From the NCBI GenBank assembly GCA_951406725.2, contig OX597822.1, positions 85,684,001-85,748,000 of the forward strand: a stretch of DNA of 64,000 bases, read 5' to 3'. The stretch comes from Octopus vulgaris (taxonomy: Eukaryota). Positions 12,102-24,785 of this stretch are shown here, in pieces (positions within the stretch are counted from its first letter, which is position 1; each line of letters starts with the position of its first letter). The position numbers and the translations under genes are program-made. The notes under the pieces are model-generated. The model was not told the origin of the DNA and ran no database searches. It worked only from the letters and a program-made list of their open reading frames with translations.

Positions 12102-13289
12102 AAAAATTATGATTTTTTAGAGCTATGATAAAATGTAAATACATGTACGTATTAAACACAGCATATACATAGTGGACAGTTTACAAACACACACAAATTG
12201 GTGCCTTCATAGAAATGTGTCTTGAAGTCTATAAGTTAATGTGTTTATATATAAAAATACTTGCATGACCACATTCTAGTTAATGACAGAAATAATGTGT
12301 GCTTGGAGGTTTTAACAATGGGTTTTCTTTTCCCTATAACTTTCAGTGTCAGGAGGATTACGAAGGAGTTAGGTATACATTAAGGACTGGCATGTACTCT
12401 CTCTCTCTCTTATATATGAGTGTGTGTGTGTTAGCTAATATCAAACAGTGAGAATGAGTGCTCAATATCACATTGGTAGATAAATATTCTTTATTTGTCG
12501 GTTAACAAGGCAACCGATGGTTTCATGTAAAGGGAAATATCTCTTAACAATTTTCAAGCCTGCCACATGGAGATGTTGGTACTCATCTCCATTTTGGATC
12601 CTTCTCTACACAAAACCGTTGGTAGCCATGTTAACCCACAAAGTGTATGAATGTGTGTGTGTGTGTGGTTGTAAAGTTACTTCTGAGTTGCTTGAGTTCC
12701 AAGCAACCATCTGAAGACTTTGCTGGTGGTTATTCTGTCATAAATATTGTCAATATTGAAGACAACACACTAAACTTTCAATGTGTCAGTTCTCTTCTAG
12801 AAATAACGAACCACAACATGACAAAAGCATGTCTTTGTGCACAATAAAGGGCCATTGTTAGTTTGAAGTGTTGAGTTCAATCCTTGTAGTAAATAGAAGT
12901 TGGAGGATTTTTAGTGATGTTCCAACAACCAAATGAGGATTATCACTATCGCTAATATAAAAATAAAAGATTATTCAAGAGATGTATGCATGTGTGTGTA
13001 AGCCCCATCAAGTTCTACTTTTACTAATATGAACCTATGATCCAGTTTTGATATCCGACTAAATCTATTTATGGTGTTAATACATTGAAGAAAGGCAGGG
13101 TTTCTTACTATTTCACTTTCCTCTTTCTGCTAACATTTTTCAATCTTGATGCCTGTCTAAAGATGGAGAGAAGGAATCAGATTAATCTATCAGTGTTCAG
13201 TCAATATTCAAAGCCAGAAACAACACAATTCAAACCATTCTGTCTCCCCTGCTACAACCATCACCACCCACTTCCAGACTCTTGTGCTA

Positions 13290-13470
13290 ACATCACACAA
13301 CCATCATTGGCTTTCATTTCAACCTTAAATATTTACTCAGCCATTTGTAAGTCACACATAGAATGGCACAAGTGTACTTATCACATACTTCAGACAACAC
13401 ACCATGATCTCTCCAGTCCTCTCCTGCTAAGGCAAAATCCTTCACTCACCAACATCCTAAACACAAGTTG
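13290..13470 (+). mobile_element. Possible old Penelope-like ORF remnant
   Basis: YHILQTTHHDLSSPLLLRQNPSLTNIL resembles the Penelope RT-to-endonuclease linker (PL..YRQPPNLRNIL). Confidence 0.3.
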
Positions 13471-13576
13471 GCCATTGCTGAAATCAGTCCTGACTTTTTT
13501 CTGTTGTATCTACAACAAAAGTCTCTCTTTTACTGACCTTGCTCTAAACTAAATAGATTTCTATAAAACACTAGAT

Positions 13577-13938
13577 CACTGGTTCTCAACCAGGCTCCAC
13601 ATTAAGATTTTTAGGGGTCCACACAAGCAAAATATTAAATTGGGGGTCCACAGTAATATTGTAAGGGTTCCGTGAATACATCTTGCTTTTGATATATTTA
13701 TTGCAAGAAACGGGTTTCTTTTCCTAGTTTCTTTTACATAGTTAGACATATTTTTGTCTGTTCTCAAATGGTGCTATTACAAACTTCTACAAGTGAATGG
13801 GTGAAAAACAAAAAAGGAACTTTAAAAGAAGCATCTATAAAACTGGTTTTTAAACACCGAATGGCTACAGGAGTCCACTAGAGTAAAAATAGTAACAAAA
13901 GGGGTCCACAGGTTAAAAAAAAGGGTTGAGAGCCTCTG
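13577..13938. mobile_element. hAT (Charlie-like) MITE
   Basis: TIRs cactggttctcaacc and ggttgagagcctctg; 8-bp TSD cactagat vs cccttgat (6/8); subterminal ggggtccac repeats. Confidence 0.75.
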
Positions 13939-14354
13939 CCCTTGATAAATATTGCTGATTTCCCAAAGCATAAATATTTATGCTTAAAGACAGCAGTCTT
14001 CAGATGAAATTTTAAGTCAAGGTTAAGTAAAAATTCATCTACTATGCATATGTGTGTATTTTTTATCTTCTACTTGTTTCAGTCATTAGACTGTGGCCAT
14101 ACTGGGGCACTGCCTTGTGGGTTAATTGTTTTTCAGATTACTTAAAGTTATGTGCTTTCACAAGGAGTGATATGGGGTGGAAACTGCACCAGAGGTGGGA
14201 CCTCTATTCATGTAGTTTTAGTATCGAGACTAAACTATCGCTGTGTGTATACACTTATATATATGTGTATGTATGCGTATGTATGCACATGTATGTGTGT
14301 GTACTTTTAAGTAGATCAAATGAAATGTGTGGCTGCAAGAGCTTGTGAGGAGAC

Positions 14355-14430
14355 TGATGAATGAGGAGATTAATGAATGAGGAGATTGATGAATGAGGAG
14401 ATTGATGAATGAGGAGATTGGCGAATGAGT
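14355..14430. repeat. 16-bp minisatellite (GATGAATGAGGAGATT) x about 4.5
   Basis: Directly visible tandem units. Confidence 0.9.
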
Positions 14431-15563
14431 GTTTGTCTGTTTAAAGATGGATGTGTATATATACGAATGAGCATGCAAATGTGAAGATATTTACATGAAT
14501 GTATGTACCTCGGTAGATGTGTGTGTGTGTGTGTGCGTGTGTGGAGAGCGAGAAAGAGATTTATAGGTACATAAAGATATCGATAAAAACATACAATTCT
14601 CTCTCTTTCTCCATACAGGGATTATCAGTATGTGCATACAGACACACACACACACACACTGGTTAAACCATAGGATTCTCTCTCTGTGGCCAGGTGTAAA
14701 AAAAGACATCCACTTGTGTGGTTTCAGTGTTTTGGATCAACCACTTCGTCAGAGACAGGTGACTGATTTCCCTGACCAGAGAGAGAAGGGCAACTGGTAG
14801 GATGCTGACTGGTATATTAATATTAATGCAAACTGGGACAGAACTAAATAGGGGTTTTTCTCGTTTACAAAACGGTGCAATCATTTGCAACAAAGAGAAG
14901 GACCGAATTCATAGAAAAACAACATGGACTGTTGACCAAAAAACATTCACCATAAGTTTACTTCATCCCTTTAATTGTCCTAACACTATGTAATAACTCT
15001 ATTAAATACATGTGTGTGTGTGTGTGTGTGTATGTGAGAGAGAGTAAATATATATATATACACACACACAGAGGGAAAAAGACGTAGAGACAAACATGAG
15101 GATATACTGTGTGTGTTTGTGTGTTTTTATATATGTTCTTTCTCAAACAATCCCTGGTATTTTATATGTAATTTCTTTCTTTTTGTCATTTTTTAGTTTT
15201 GTAGAAATTCTTTCGTTACTCTTCAATACTGAAATCATTCAATTCTGAGAGAAGGATAAAAGACCAATGAAAAATTATCTAAAAATCTTAGAAAACAAAA
15301 ATATATAACGACAATGAAATGAAAGCAAGGATGGGCATCAATGAATGTTTAACTATGCTGTTTTTTTTTTATCATTTTTTCATCTTTTTTTTTTTGTCAT
15401 TATCATCATTGAGTTCACACGATCTCAATTGGAAAACCAAAATTCTGAAGAGCATTGGTTTCTTTCAATACTGACATGATGGGCGAGAGGGATGGAGAAA
15501 ATGTGTTTCTATTATTTGTTGTTGTCATTTCAATTCTAAATGCTTAAGCACAAAGTTACATGT

Positions 15564-15854
15564 CTAATAGTAAAGGACGCTTTTACAGCTGCCATCTCTA
15601 CTGCCAGAGCTGCCGCTTAAACTGAAGTTACTGCTTCCATGACCATGAGTACGATTACCGTTGTTGCCATCACTGCTGTCGCTGTCGCTGTCCATTTGTT
15701 GCTGTTCCTGCTGCTGTGTGGTGTTTGGTTTCGGCCGCGGCCTTCGACAATCGTTTTTGTGTTCTTTCTGCCAGTGATCCTTTTGGCATGTTTTGCTGCA
15801 ATAGGCCGTATTCCAGCAGCAATGGTACATAGCTTCCTCTCCACAGAAGAAACA
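15564..15854 (-). CDS. ZMYND11: ZMYND11 last coding exon: MYND zinc finger plus C-terminal tail
   Basis: tattttag|TGTTTC; [38 protein letters not shown]...KSVLYY*. The 12 exons total 1746 nt and join in one open frame. Confidence 0.95.
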   Translation of the reverse strand, partial: CFFCGEEAMYHCCWNTAYCSKTCQKDHWQKEHKNDCRRPRPKPNTTQQQEQQQMDSDSDSSDGNNGNRTHGHGSSNFSLSGSSGSRDGSCKSVLYY

Positions 15855-16739
15855 CTAAAATAAATAAAGGAAAGGTCGAGTTACAATGAGAAAGAAAGAA
15901 AGAAAGAAAATAGGGGGGGGTGAAAGTTGAGCCCCATAAATACTGAAAACTGAGTCCTTTTACCAGGCCCTAAAAGCTGACCCCTATTAAACACTTTCAT
16001 TTGTCTCTATTTTACACCCATCCTGTCATGCCTACATGAGCACGATTGTTTAGTGGCCATAATAAATCCTTTCAGTCATTAATCATCAATCAACTGTGAA
16101 AAGTGAAACTTGATGCTAAAAAATTAAACAAAAATGAAGTTACCAAAGTGATGTACTCGACAACTCAATGACTAACATTTATAGTCAGGAGTTTAGCCCT
16201 TTAACCCTTAGCACCATTACGTTGAGTTATAGACTAATTCACTTTAGCTCACACAAACATAAGTCAATTTGGGGCCATATTGTCAAAAATGTTGGAACTC
16301 ACCTCTCCTCCATGGTTTACAAACCTATATTTTACAAGTTGCATTCGTGGGATGGAGACAGTTGTAAAAAAAAAAAAAAACCCAAAAAAAAACAGGGTAA
16401 CTATATAGCTAACAAATATTTGAATAATTCTTAAGTGTTGAGTTCAAATCCTAGTCTGGTTGCAATATAAAGGGGAATGGGTAACCCTGTTCTGCTAGTT
16501 TCATTCAGTTTGTATTCTACTGAAACATAACTGTTCCACATCATAACATCAATGTCTCTCTCTCATTTCTGATTCTATTTCCAAGATGACAGACGACTCT
16601 CCCATCTTATTCTATTTGTATCCCCTCCACATTCGTCTCATTCTTTACCCTACTCTAATCCATGACTATATCTCCATTACAGCTGATGTTACAGTTTGAC
16701 ATCCAGCTCAGTTATTTTCCACTTAGTTTGCCAATGTCC

Positions 16740-17100
16740 TTTTCAAAGACGACAACCATTTATGACATCCCGAATTCCCTCCGCCCAAAAACCTAAAATT
16801 ATGAAACATCAACTGTGATAATCTGAGATGCGCCACAGGTTTTAGGAATAGTAAGTTACCTCCCTTGCAACATATATTACTGGCGCATGACAAGCACTGA
16901 AGGTAGATAGAAATGGTGGTCTCCCAGAAGTGAAATTCTTTTTTCCCACGAGAGTTCTGGATCCCAGAAATGAACTCATTTGCATACAGCCAATCAGAGC
17001 TCACTTTGACCTTTTTGTCAAGTTAATAAGCACACTCTCTCAAGACGAAGAACGGTGTTGTAAATCGACCGATCACCAAGTTATGCCTGATTTTAGAAGG
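16740..17100 (+). mobile_element. Possible CR1/L2-like LINE 3' remnant
   Basis: KFFFPTRVLDPRNEL resembles the CR1 ORF2 C-terminal FFS.RV...WN.L motif. Confidence 0.35.
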
Positions 17101-17483
17101 AGCCAAGTAATTAGACAGATTTGCATCTGTACCTTTTATCGAATTTTGTTAGGGCTCCATATAATAAAAATGTGGGTAGAGGGTGATGTGCTAACAACTC
17201 TCTCCCTTTACTGTTTTACAAAGTAAACAACAACACAAATAACTGCACAGAGGCAGCCATGGTTGAAACAAGAAGCATTATTAAAAGTGAAGAGAAGCAT
17301 GGTCATTCCTTACCCAAGTGACCTTATCTTATCCTCCATTGCTTGTTATGTACCCATAAATTAGTTTTGATAGTTGATCTCTGACTGGCTGTATGCAAAT
17401 GAGTTCATAACTGGGGTTCGGAACTCTCGGAAAAAAATTTTCGCCTCCCAGAATACAAAGGGAGTCTCTACTATGAAGCTTAC

Positions 17484-17669
17484 CCATTGTTTTTTCTTTA
17501 CATAGGAAATATATTCCTTATGTTTTTTAGACAATTTTTTCATCTCTTCCATATACTGTTCTTTGATCTTCTCTGTTGTCTGGCGGCGAACTCGGTCAAT
17601 TTCTCTCTGCATATTTGTCACAGCTCTAGCAACAGCCTGCTGCTTATCAATCTCAAACTCTTTTTGGAG
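17484..17669 (-). CDS. ZMYND11: ZMYND11 exon: coiled coil up to KKKQW
   Basis: tttatttccag|CTCCAA...CAATGG|gtaagc; 186 nt; LQKEFEIDKQQAVARAVTNMQREIDR...ISYVKKKQW. Confidence 0.94.
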
Positions 17670-18259
17670 CTGGAAATAAAAATAAAGAAAATCATTAGTT
17701 TCTTCTTATCCTCACACCCCCACCACCACCACCACTTTCTCTAAATCAAAAGCAGAGAGAGAGAGTTCTGAAATTATTATATTATTTTGGAAGCACTTCT
17801 CTGATTTCATATTTTCTGTGTGTACTCCATGATCTTTGTAACTATGGAGACTTTTTCAGGGAAACTTGGCCTAAAATACTTGAGTTCTCTATAAAGAACT
17901 TCTTTTTCTGAAGAACAAAGAAGTACATCATGTTACAAATACTGCTTATATGGCATGGCATTTAAGTTACACCATACAAGGATTGTACATATGTGTTTTT
18001 ATATATAAAGACACACATGTTCATTTTCATGTCTGTTTTTCCATACTAGCATGGATTACCCAAATATGCTATTGAGGCATTATTTTACAGCTGGACACTC
18101 TTCTTGTTGCCAACACCTGTTTGCCAAGTGAGGGATGTCTTATTCCACACAACTTGAAAACGTACAAAGCTAACAATTTACGAAAAGGAAAACTGACAAC
18201 AACACTGCTTGTACGTTGCACAAATGTAAATGCACACAGAAAGAAACATTCAAACAAAC

Positions 18260-18381
18260 ATACATGTGTATATATATATATACATATATATATACATATA
18301 CATATATACACATATATATATATACACATATATATATATATACACACTCACACACACACACATATATATATACATATATAC

Positions 18382-18430
<49 letters not shown>

Positions 18431-18447
18431 TATATACACACTCACAT

Positions 18448-18502
<55 letters not shown>
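18260..18502. repeat. Compound (TA)n/(CA)n microsatellite
   Basis: Alternating purine-pyrimidine tract. Confidence 0.95.
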
Positions 18503-18504
<2 letters not shown>

Positions 18505-18934
18505 GGTCTTCTTCCAGTTTTGTCTACCAAATCTACTGAAAAAGGCTTTGGGTGGCTTAAGGCACTCAAAAGACATTAGTCCAAGAATCTGTGCAGTGGG
18601 ATTGAACATGAAACAAGATGGTTTTAAAGAAGGTAGAACATGATTTCTATTCCTAGAAGAATGAGTGACTACAGTGAATATAGCCACGCCATTCTTCTTA
18701 CATGTACTTTAGAAAGAGCTGCTGGTCCATGTAGAATGTCTTTGAAATGTTTTCTACAAAACTATATAATTTTATAGAAGACTCATTTCATTACTTGTCA
18801 TTACAAGCTCTTACCATAACACAAAGACAAATGTCCTTGCTTAAACATTTAATTTAGGTCAAATATATTCTCCAAAAAGAGATAAATCGCGAAAATGTAT
18901 CAAAATCAATATATACACATATATAAACAATTAC

Positions 18935-19081
18935 CCGATCAGACACTCTTTTCTCTGCTTGCTCAATCTCTTTCTTGTGTTCAGTTTCAGTTTTTCTCTT
19001 GAAGTCATCTAACAAATTAGACAATTCATCTTGACAGTTGCAACTTTTCTTACTGGTATCACTCTGTACAAATTTATTAAC
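18935..19081 (-). CDS. ZMYND11: ZMYND11 exon: coiled-coil start
   Basis: atgttgcag|GTTAAT...GATCGG|gtaatt; 147 nt; VNKFVQSDTSKKSCNCQDELSNLLDDFKRKTETEHKKEIEQAEKRVSDR resembles human [23 protein letters not shown]. Confidence 0.87.
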
Positions 19082-19395
19082 CTGCAACATCCAGGAGAGA
19101 AACTTAGGATAAAAACAGCTGTTTCCATAGAAACCAAGTTTAAAAGCCTGCTCTCACAGCCATACATACTGACACACACAATTAATGCTTGTAGTTTTAG
19201 AATACCCATCACACATTCATAGTTATACACACAGATAAACAGAGTTAGGAAGGTTGCTTCATAAACATGTGGGTCACAGTCAAATTCCAGTAACTGTCAC
19301 TGTGGGCAAAGCCCTATGCCTAAAGTTAGCATGTGGAAACTGTCGAGAAGCCTGTCACAGGAAAGAGAGGGTCCAACTTCGTTACATCTCTTATA

Positions 19396-19447
<52 letters not shown>

Positions 19448-19710
19448 TATTGTGTATGTGTGTAAGTATACACCTACAAATAGATATGTATACACTCAGA
19501 AACAGTTGCATCAGAAATGAATTCATTCAGCTTACTCATACCAGGATTATCTCCCTTCCACACGGCATTTTCATGCTATTCACTCTTACCTTTTTAACAT
19601 TATAAACCAGGGGAATTTTCCTGGAATTCTTTTAGAAATAACAACTACAATGTTTATCTGTCATGATGCTGAGAATAGCATGAAAGTTTTTACCAAGCAA
19701 GTGCATTGCT

Positions 19711-20167
19711 ACAGTTCTATATTTAAAAGGTGAGGAATTAGATATTTGTCCTCATCTTGTTTGTTGTTAACACGTTTCGGCTGATATACCCTCCAGCCTT
19801 CATCAGGTGTCTTGGGGAAATTTCGAACCTGGGTTCTCATTCCTAAGGTATTTGTCAATGTTATTATTATTATTATTCAGGTCACTGCCTGGAATCAAAC
19901 TTGGAATCTTGGGGTTAGTAGTTAGGGCATACAGTGTAGTGGTTAAGGGCTCAGGCTACTAACCACAAGATTCCAGGTAGTGACCTGAATATTAATAATG
20001 ATGATAATAATAATAACATCGAAAAATACCATAGGAATAAGAACCCAGGTTCGAAATTTCCCCAAGACACCTGATGAAGGCTGGAGGGTATATCAACCAA
20101 AACGTTGTGTTAACAACAAACAAGATGAGGACAAATATCTGTCAAATGTAAATAATGTAAATAATTT
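19711..20167. mobile_element. Non-coding inverted pair of the tRNA-head/hammerhead module
   Basis: Minus arm about 19711-19924; plus arm starts GGGCATA at 19925; perfect 12-bp TSD AAGTGCATTGCT (19699-19710 and 20168-20179). Confidence 0.85.
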
Positions 20168-23094
20168 AAGTGCATTGCTTTCTAACCAAAGACAGTTCTC
20201 AAAAGATTCAAGTAAAAAGAAGGAAGACGAAAGTGGAAAACCAACAGCAAAAGAGTCCCAAGAGAAATGATCACAGATTTGAGTAACAAAAGCCTGAAGT
20301 TAGAGGAGAGGTGAAAGTGTATAGAAGTACTTTAAGGTTTACAAAATAACATGCTTGTTATATGAAAACGAAAAGTTAGAGATGAGAATATAAATCATGA
20401 AAGAGTTATAAGATGTAGTGAGATCAAAAGTATCTTTTGGCGGATCAAAATGGAAGAGAAAAAAGAGTGACTCTTTCTTGTAAACAGATAAATATTGATC
20501 TCTTCTACAATATAGAAATGAATATGGAGAGACAAAATGTTAAAAATATCGAAGAGTCTATTGTTATAAAGTATTGTGAGATAAGGAGTGTTGATGAGAG
20601 GAATACAATGGAAGAGGAAAATAAAGAGAAAATGTTTATTGTTCCAAGTAAATATTTAATGATTTGCCTCTTTATTCAAGCAGTGATGTGACCTTCAAAT
20701 GATAGCATTCATTAAGATTTCTGATCTGACGTTTAGACAGCTGATGCATTTGTTAAAGTTTTGAATATGAGAATCTTCTCGGCTCTGTATAAGCTGCAAG
20801 TTTTGTCCCATTTCTATACAATCTGTACATCTTGAAGATCTTCAACTTAGTGTTGAAATAAGTAGCATGTTCTTTCAAACAACAAACATATGTGGATAAT
20901 TTGATGGTATTTCTTTTTACTATATTCTGAAGGAAAAACTAGATCTAAAGTATCAAGTCTGGTTTTATGAAACTAACTTCTACCACATATAATCCCTTAA
21001 GTGTTACATGATTGCTTAAATATGCTATTAAGTTTTTCATTTTGAGAGTACAACTGTAACTTAGTTTAAGGTTGTTTCTGTTCTTTATCAGTTGTTAGGA
21101 AAACGCTTATTAAGGGTAGGAAAGTTTTAACAATGTGTGTGTGTGCATGCATGCACTTGCATTCTAACACCCTCGACCTGTCCCTCTATATGTTTGTGTT
21201 GTCTAAACCTAAAAATCCCAATACGGAATGGTTTGTTGAATAATTATGACCAAGCAAATAATCAAGGTCAACTCTTACAGATAATAATTATCTGTGAAAT
21301 GGATATTCTGACTTCACATTTATTAGTGCCCTGACAGAAATCTTTTAACTAGGTTATAATATATCGTATTAATGGCATTCATTAAGAAAGGGTATAATTA
21401 ACTGAGGTGAGTGTTAAATGTAATAATGAAAGCTGATGGAGTAATAGGTGTTTCAATATACCTGTAACCAAAATATTCAACCCTTTTATTAACATATTTT
21501 AATTTTCGGATAATGTTTTCTTTTTTCCTTTTTCTTTTTGTAAGTAACTCATTCACTCTGGTTTTGGCGCTTTTTAGGGGCGTCAGAAGAATAAAATGTC
21601 CAAATTATACCGAAAAAAATTGAATACACTTTTTTAGTTTTTTACGAATTTGCTGCTTTACAGAGTTAACTCCCTTAAAAACTTATGCACTTTTATATTT
21701 ATTTCTCCTGTATTTTCTATTTACTAGGTCATTCCCTGTTGCTATGCTGCCAGTAAAAATATTTGTTAATCATGTACATACCTTCATAAATTGATCAAAG
21801 TGGAAGTCTTTTTTTGAAGTTTGTGTTAGATTGTCTACATGTTGAGAGACACAGAAACAGCCCCAGAAACAAACGACCAAGAAACAAATATAACTATATG
21901 TATACGTATAGCCATTTTTTGGAGTCTATGTTGTGTTGTTGACAGATTTCCAATTAAAATTCCCATATTTTAAATCAAAACTTGTTGGTTACTATGGTGA
22001 CAACACCACCTATCTATTTTACACACACTCTCTCTCACTGTCTCATCCAGCAACTTTTTCTCCTCCCCTTCTAATAATGTTGTGACATATATCTTGATTC
22101 CTCCCTCTTATAAATGTTGTGACAGACAGACAGAGGTACGTTTCTTGTTTGTAATATATAGGATTTCTCCCATATTTATCTCAAGTGTGAAAATTCAATC
22201 TTATAACAGCAACCCACAGAAATATTTAAGTAATCTGACATTTGGCAATAAAATTCTGAGATTTCTAGTGGCAGTAACTGGTTAAAGGTAGATGAACCCT
22301 AAGAGGATAAAAGCTGGTTCTGTGTGTGAAATTACACAAACACATTGGTTTCACTCCCTTTCTCTCTCTTCCGTCATAAAAAAAAAAAACAACAGTTTTA
22401 TATTAGTTGGTATTGATGTTAATGTTTAAGCACCAGGTCAGCCGTGAACAGTAGATTTATAATCAAGGGACTTCCAACCATGGCCATCAAGTCTTATTTT
22501 TCTAGACATGGTACATCTATATTACCCAATGTAAGGCGGTGTGCTGGCAGAAACGTTAGCACACTGGGTGAAATGCTTAGTGGTATTTCGTCTGTCTTTA
22601 CGTTCTGAGTTCAAATTCCACTGAGGTCAACTTTGCTTTTCATCCTTTCGGGGGTCGATAAATTAAGAACCAGTTGCATACTGGGGTTGATCTAATCCAC
22701 TGGCACCTTCCCAAAAAATTTCGGGCCTTGTGCTTAGGAGTAGTAAAGAATATATTACCCAGTATGTCTTCCCATTGCTTTTTTTCCTTTTTTATACAGA
22801 CTGTCATTTCTACTAAGTTTAATGAACACAAAGGCTACCTCTTGACTCAATCTGATATTAGTTTTTTGCAAGGTTAACATGGTACTCCACACCTCAAGCT
22901 ATCTTCCTACTTTACATAAACAGACGTACAACTAGCTTACTAACATCTACTACTCCAAATCTTGCAACATTGACAATAGTATCCCCTTCTGTATATTCTG
23001 CTAAGATTCCAGCATTATTATTTTCATTCCTGGTTTATACTTTGGAGCTAACAACCAAAAACTGAAAAGTGCTTATCCAGATGGAGCAACTTAA

Positions 23095-23315
23095 CCATTT
23101 AGCATGCAGATTACTCTGTCAAATCTTAGCCTTAATTTATTCAAATTGTTCTGAATTAATCAAACATTATCTTGTCACTTTGAGATTTTGATGAAGGAAT
23201 TGTTTATTTTTTGAATGACACTGCAGGGCAGATGTGAGAAACAAAATATGGCCTATTTGAACATAAAACACATTGAATATTTCGGCTAGGTATGGCCAGT
23301 TTAAATGCTAAATGG
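23095..23315. mobile_element. piggyBac-like MITE with TTAA TSD
   Basis: TTAA|CCATTTAGCAT...ATGCTAAATGG|TTAA: perfect 11-bp TIR. A related partial copy lies near 38810-38970. Confidence 0.75.
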
Positions 23316-24662
23316 TTAAGGGGTACATCATCATCGTCCACTTTCAATGCTGGCATGGGTTGGATGGTTTGACTGAGGACTGGTGAGCCAGGAGGCTGCA
23401 CCAGGCTCCAATCTGATTTGGCAAGGTTTCTACTGCTGGATGCACTTCCAAATGCCAACTACTCCGAGAGTGTAGTGGGTTCTTTTATGTACCACTGGCA
23501 TGAGGGCCAGTCAGGTGGTACTAGCAACAACCATGCTCAAAAGGTGTTTTTTATGTGCCACTTTCACAGGAGCCAGTCAGGCAGCACTGACAACAAGCAC
23601 GTTCGAATGTTGTTTTTCACGTGCCAGTGAAGCGACACTGGCAATGATCACGCTTGAATGGTGCTTTTTACATGCCACTGGCATGAGAGCCAGTCAGCAG
23701 CCCTAGTAACATCACGCCCGGATGGTGCTTTTAATGTTCCACTGGCACAAGTGCCAATAAGGCGGTACTGTCATCGGCCACATCAGTGATTTTGATTACA
23801 CTTACCTCAACAGGTCTTTGCAAGCAAAGTTTATTCTCCAATGAATGAAGGCTACCCATAAGTGGGCTGGTGAAACATATAATGATGAATTTCTTCTGAC
23901 AACACAAGAGCCTGAATGTTGTAAAAAGAGTGAATCCTTTGTCCGCTTAGAGAAGAATTTCTGCTCAAAAAGAGGGTCCTGCATGAATACTGATAAAATG
24001 CAAAATAACCTCAACGCTGGTAGAATGGTAAGATATGAAGACAAAACTAATTTAGATAATAAAGTATCTGTCTCAGTTCTCAGCCAATTTAATCAACCAA
24101 TTAATATTTATCTAATTCAGGGAAATGTAACAAATGGGATAATTGTGTCACTATGAGCTTTGCAACATGGCTATTGTACAGCTGCTAACATTTGACTCAG
24201 TATTAAAAGCCATCTGAGTACTTGTCTTGTACTGCTGCTAAACTTCTACATAGTTCTTATTTATGAGTTTGAAAAACAAGGCTGATAAGGAATAGCCAAA
24301 TACTGTAGAGATTGAAAAGGGATAGCAACCATCAATTTAGCCAGCAGCAACTCTTTCCTTGTTTATAATACATAAGTGAAAAACCTGGTGTTTAAGGATA
24401 TATATATATATATAAATGAATGAGAAAAAAATAAAGCATCCCCACCCTTCATCTCCTTACCACTCAATCCCTCCATCACACTTCTATCTACTGCATTATT
24501 CTGCTGCTGTTAGTAATGAAATTAGAACCTGTTAGTAAAAACCATTCCATTCAAGCATAGAAAGTGGGTGTGATGATAATGATGATGATGAGGAGGGTGC
24601 TGATGATGATGGCAGCAGTGACGATGATGCTGATGATGATGAATGAAAACACTGTTACTCAC

Positions 24663-24785
24663 CGTGGATGGAGTTGCTTGACTAGCAGTATGCTTATAGG
24701 CAACCTTTGAAGAACGTGGTGCGGGGCTTGTTGATATTTTATCTACACTTGAAGAGACAACATTCACATTTTCTGGTGTCAGGAT
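24663..24785 (-). CDS. ZMYND11: ZMYND11 exon: low-complexity linker
   Basis: ttttcttgcag|ATCCTG...TCCACG|gtgagt; 123 nt, phase 0-0; ILTPENVNVVSSSVDKISTSPAPRSSKVAYKHTASQATPST (VSSS also in the human linker). Confidence 0.8.

Noticed and set aside
13966-13985. 20-bp perfect palindrome AAGCATAAATATTTATGCTT
   Set aside because: Short, AT-rich and beside a MITE; no functional evidence.
18069-18687. Long ORFs rich in YI/CV/HT, also at 69-299, 28407-29101, 48975-49583 and 11311-11562
   Set aside because: Translations of (TA)n, (CA)n and (ATT)n microsatellites.
19590-19628. Possible small ZMYND11 exon with AAG|gtaaga donor
   Set aside because: The CAG acceptor gives 31 nt (frameshift); the in-frame 39-nt version needs a weak AAG acceptor; no homology.
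23480-23775. CRISPR-like repeat-spacer appearance
   Set aside because: Eukaryotic context; units are diverged tandem copies without unique spacers; no cas genes.
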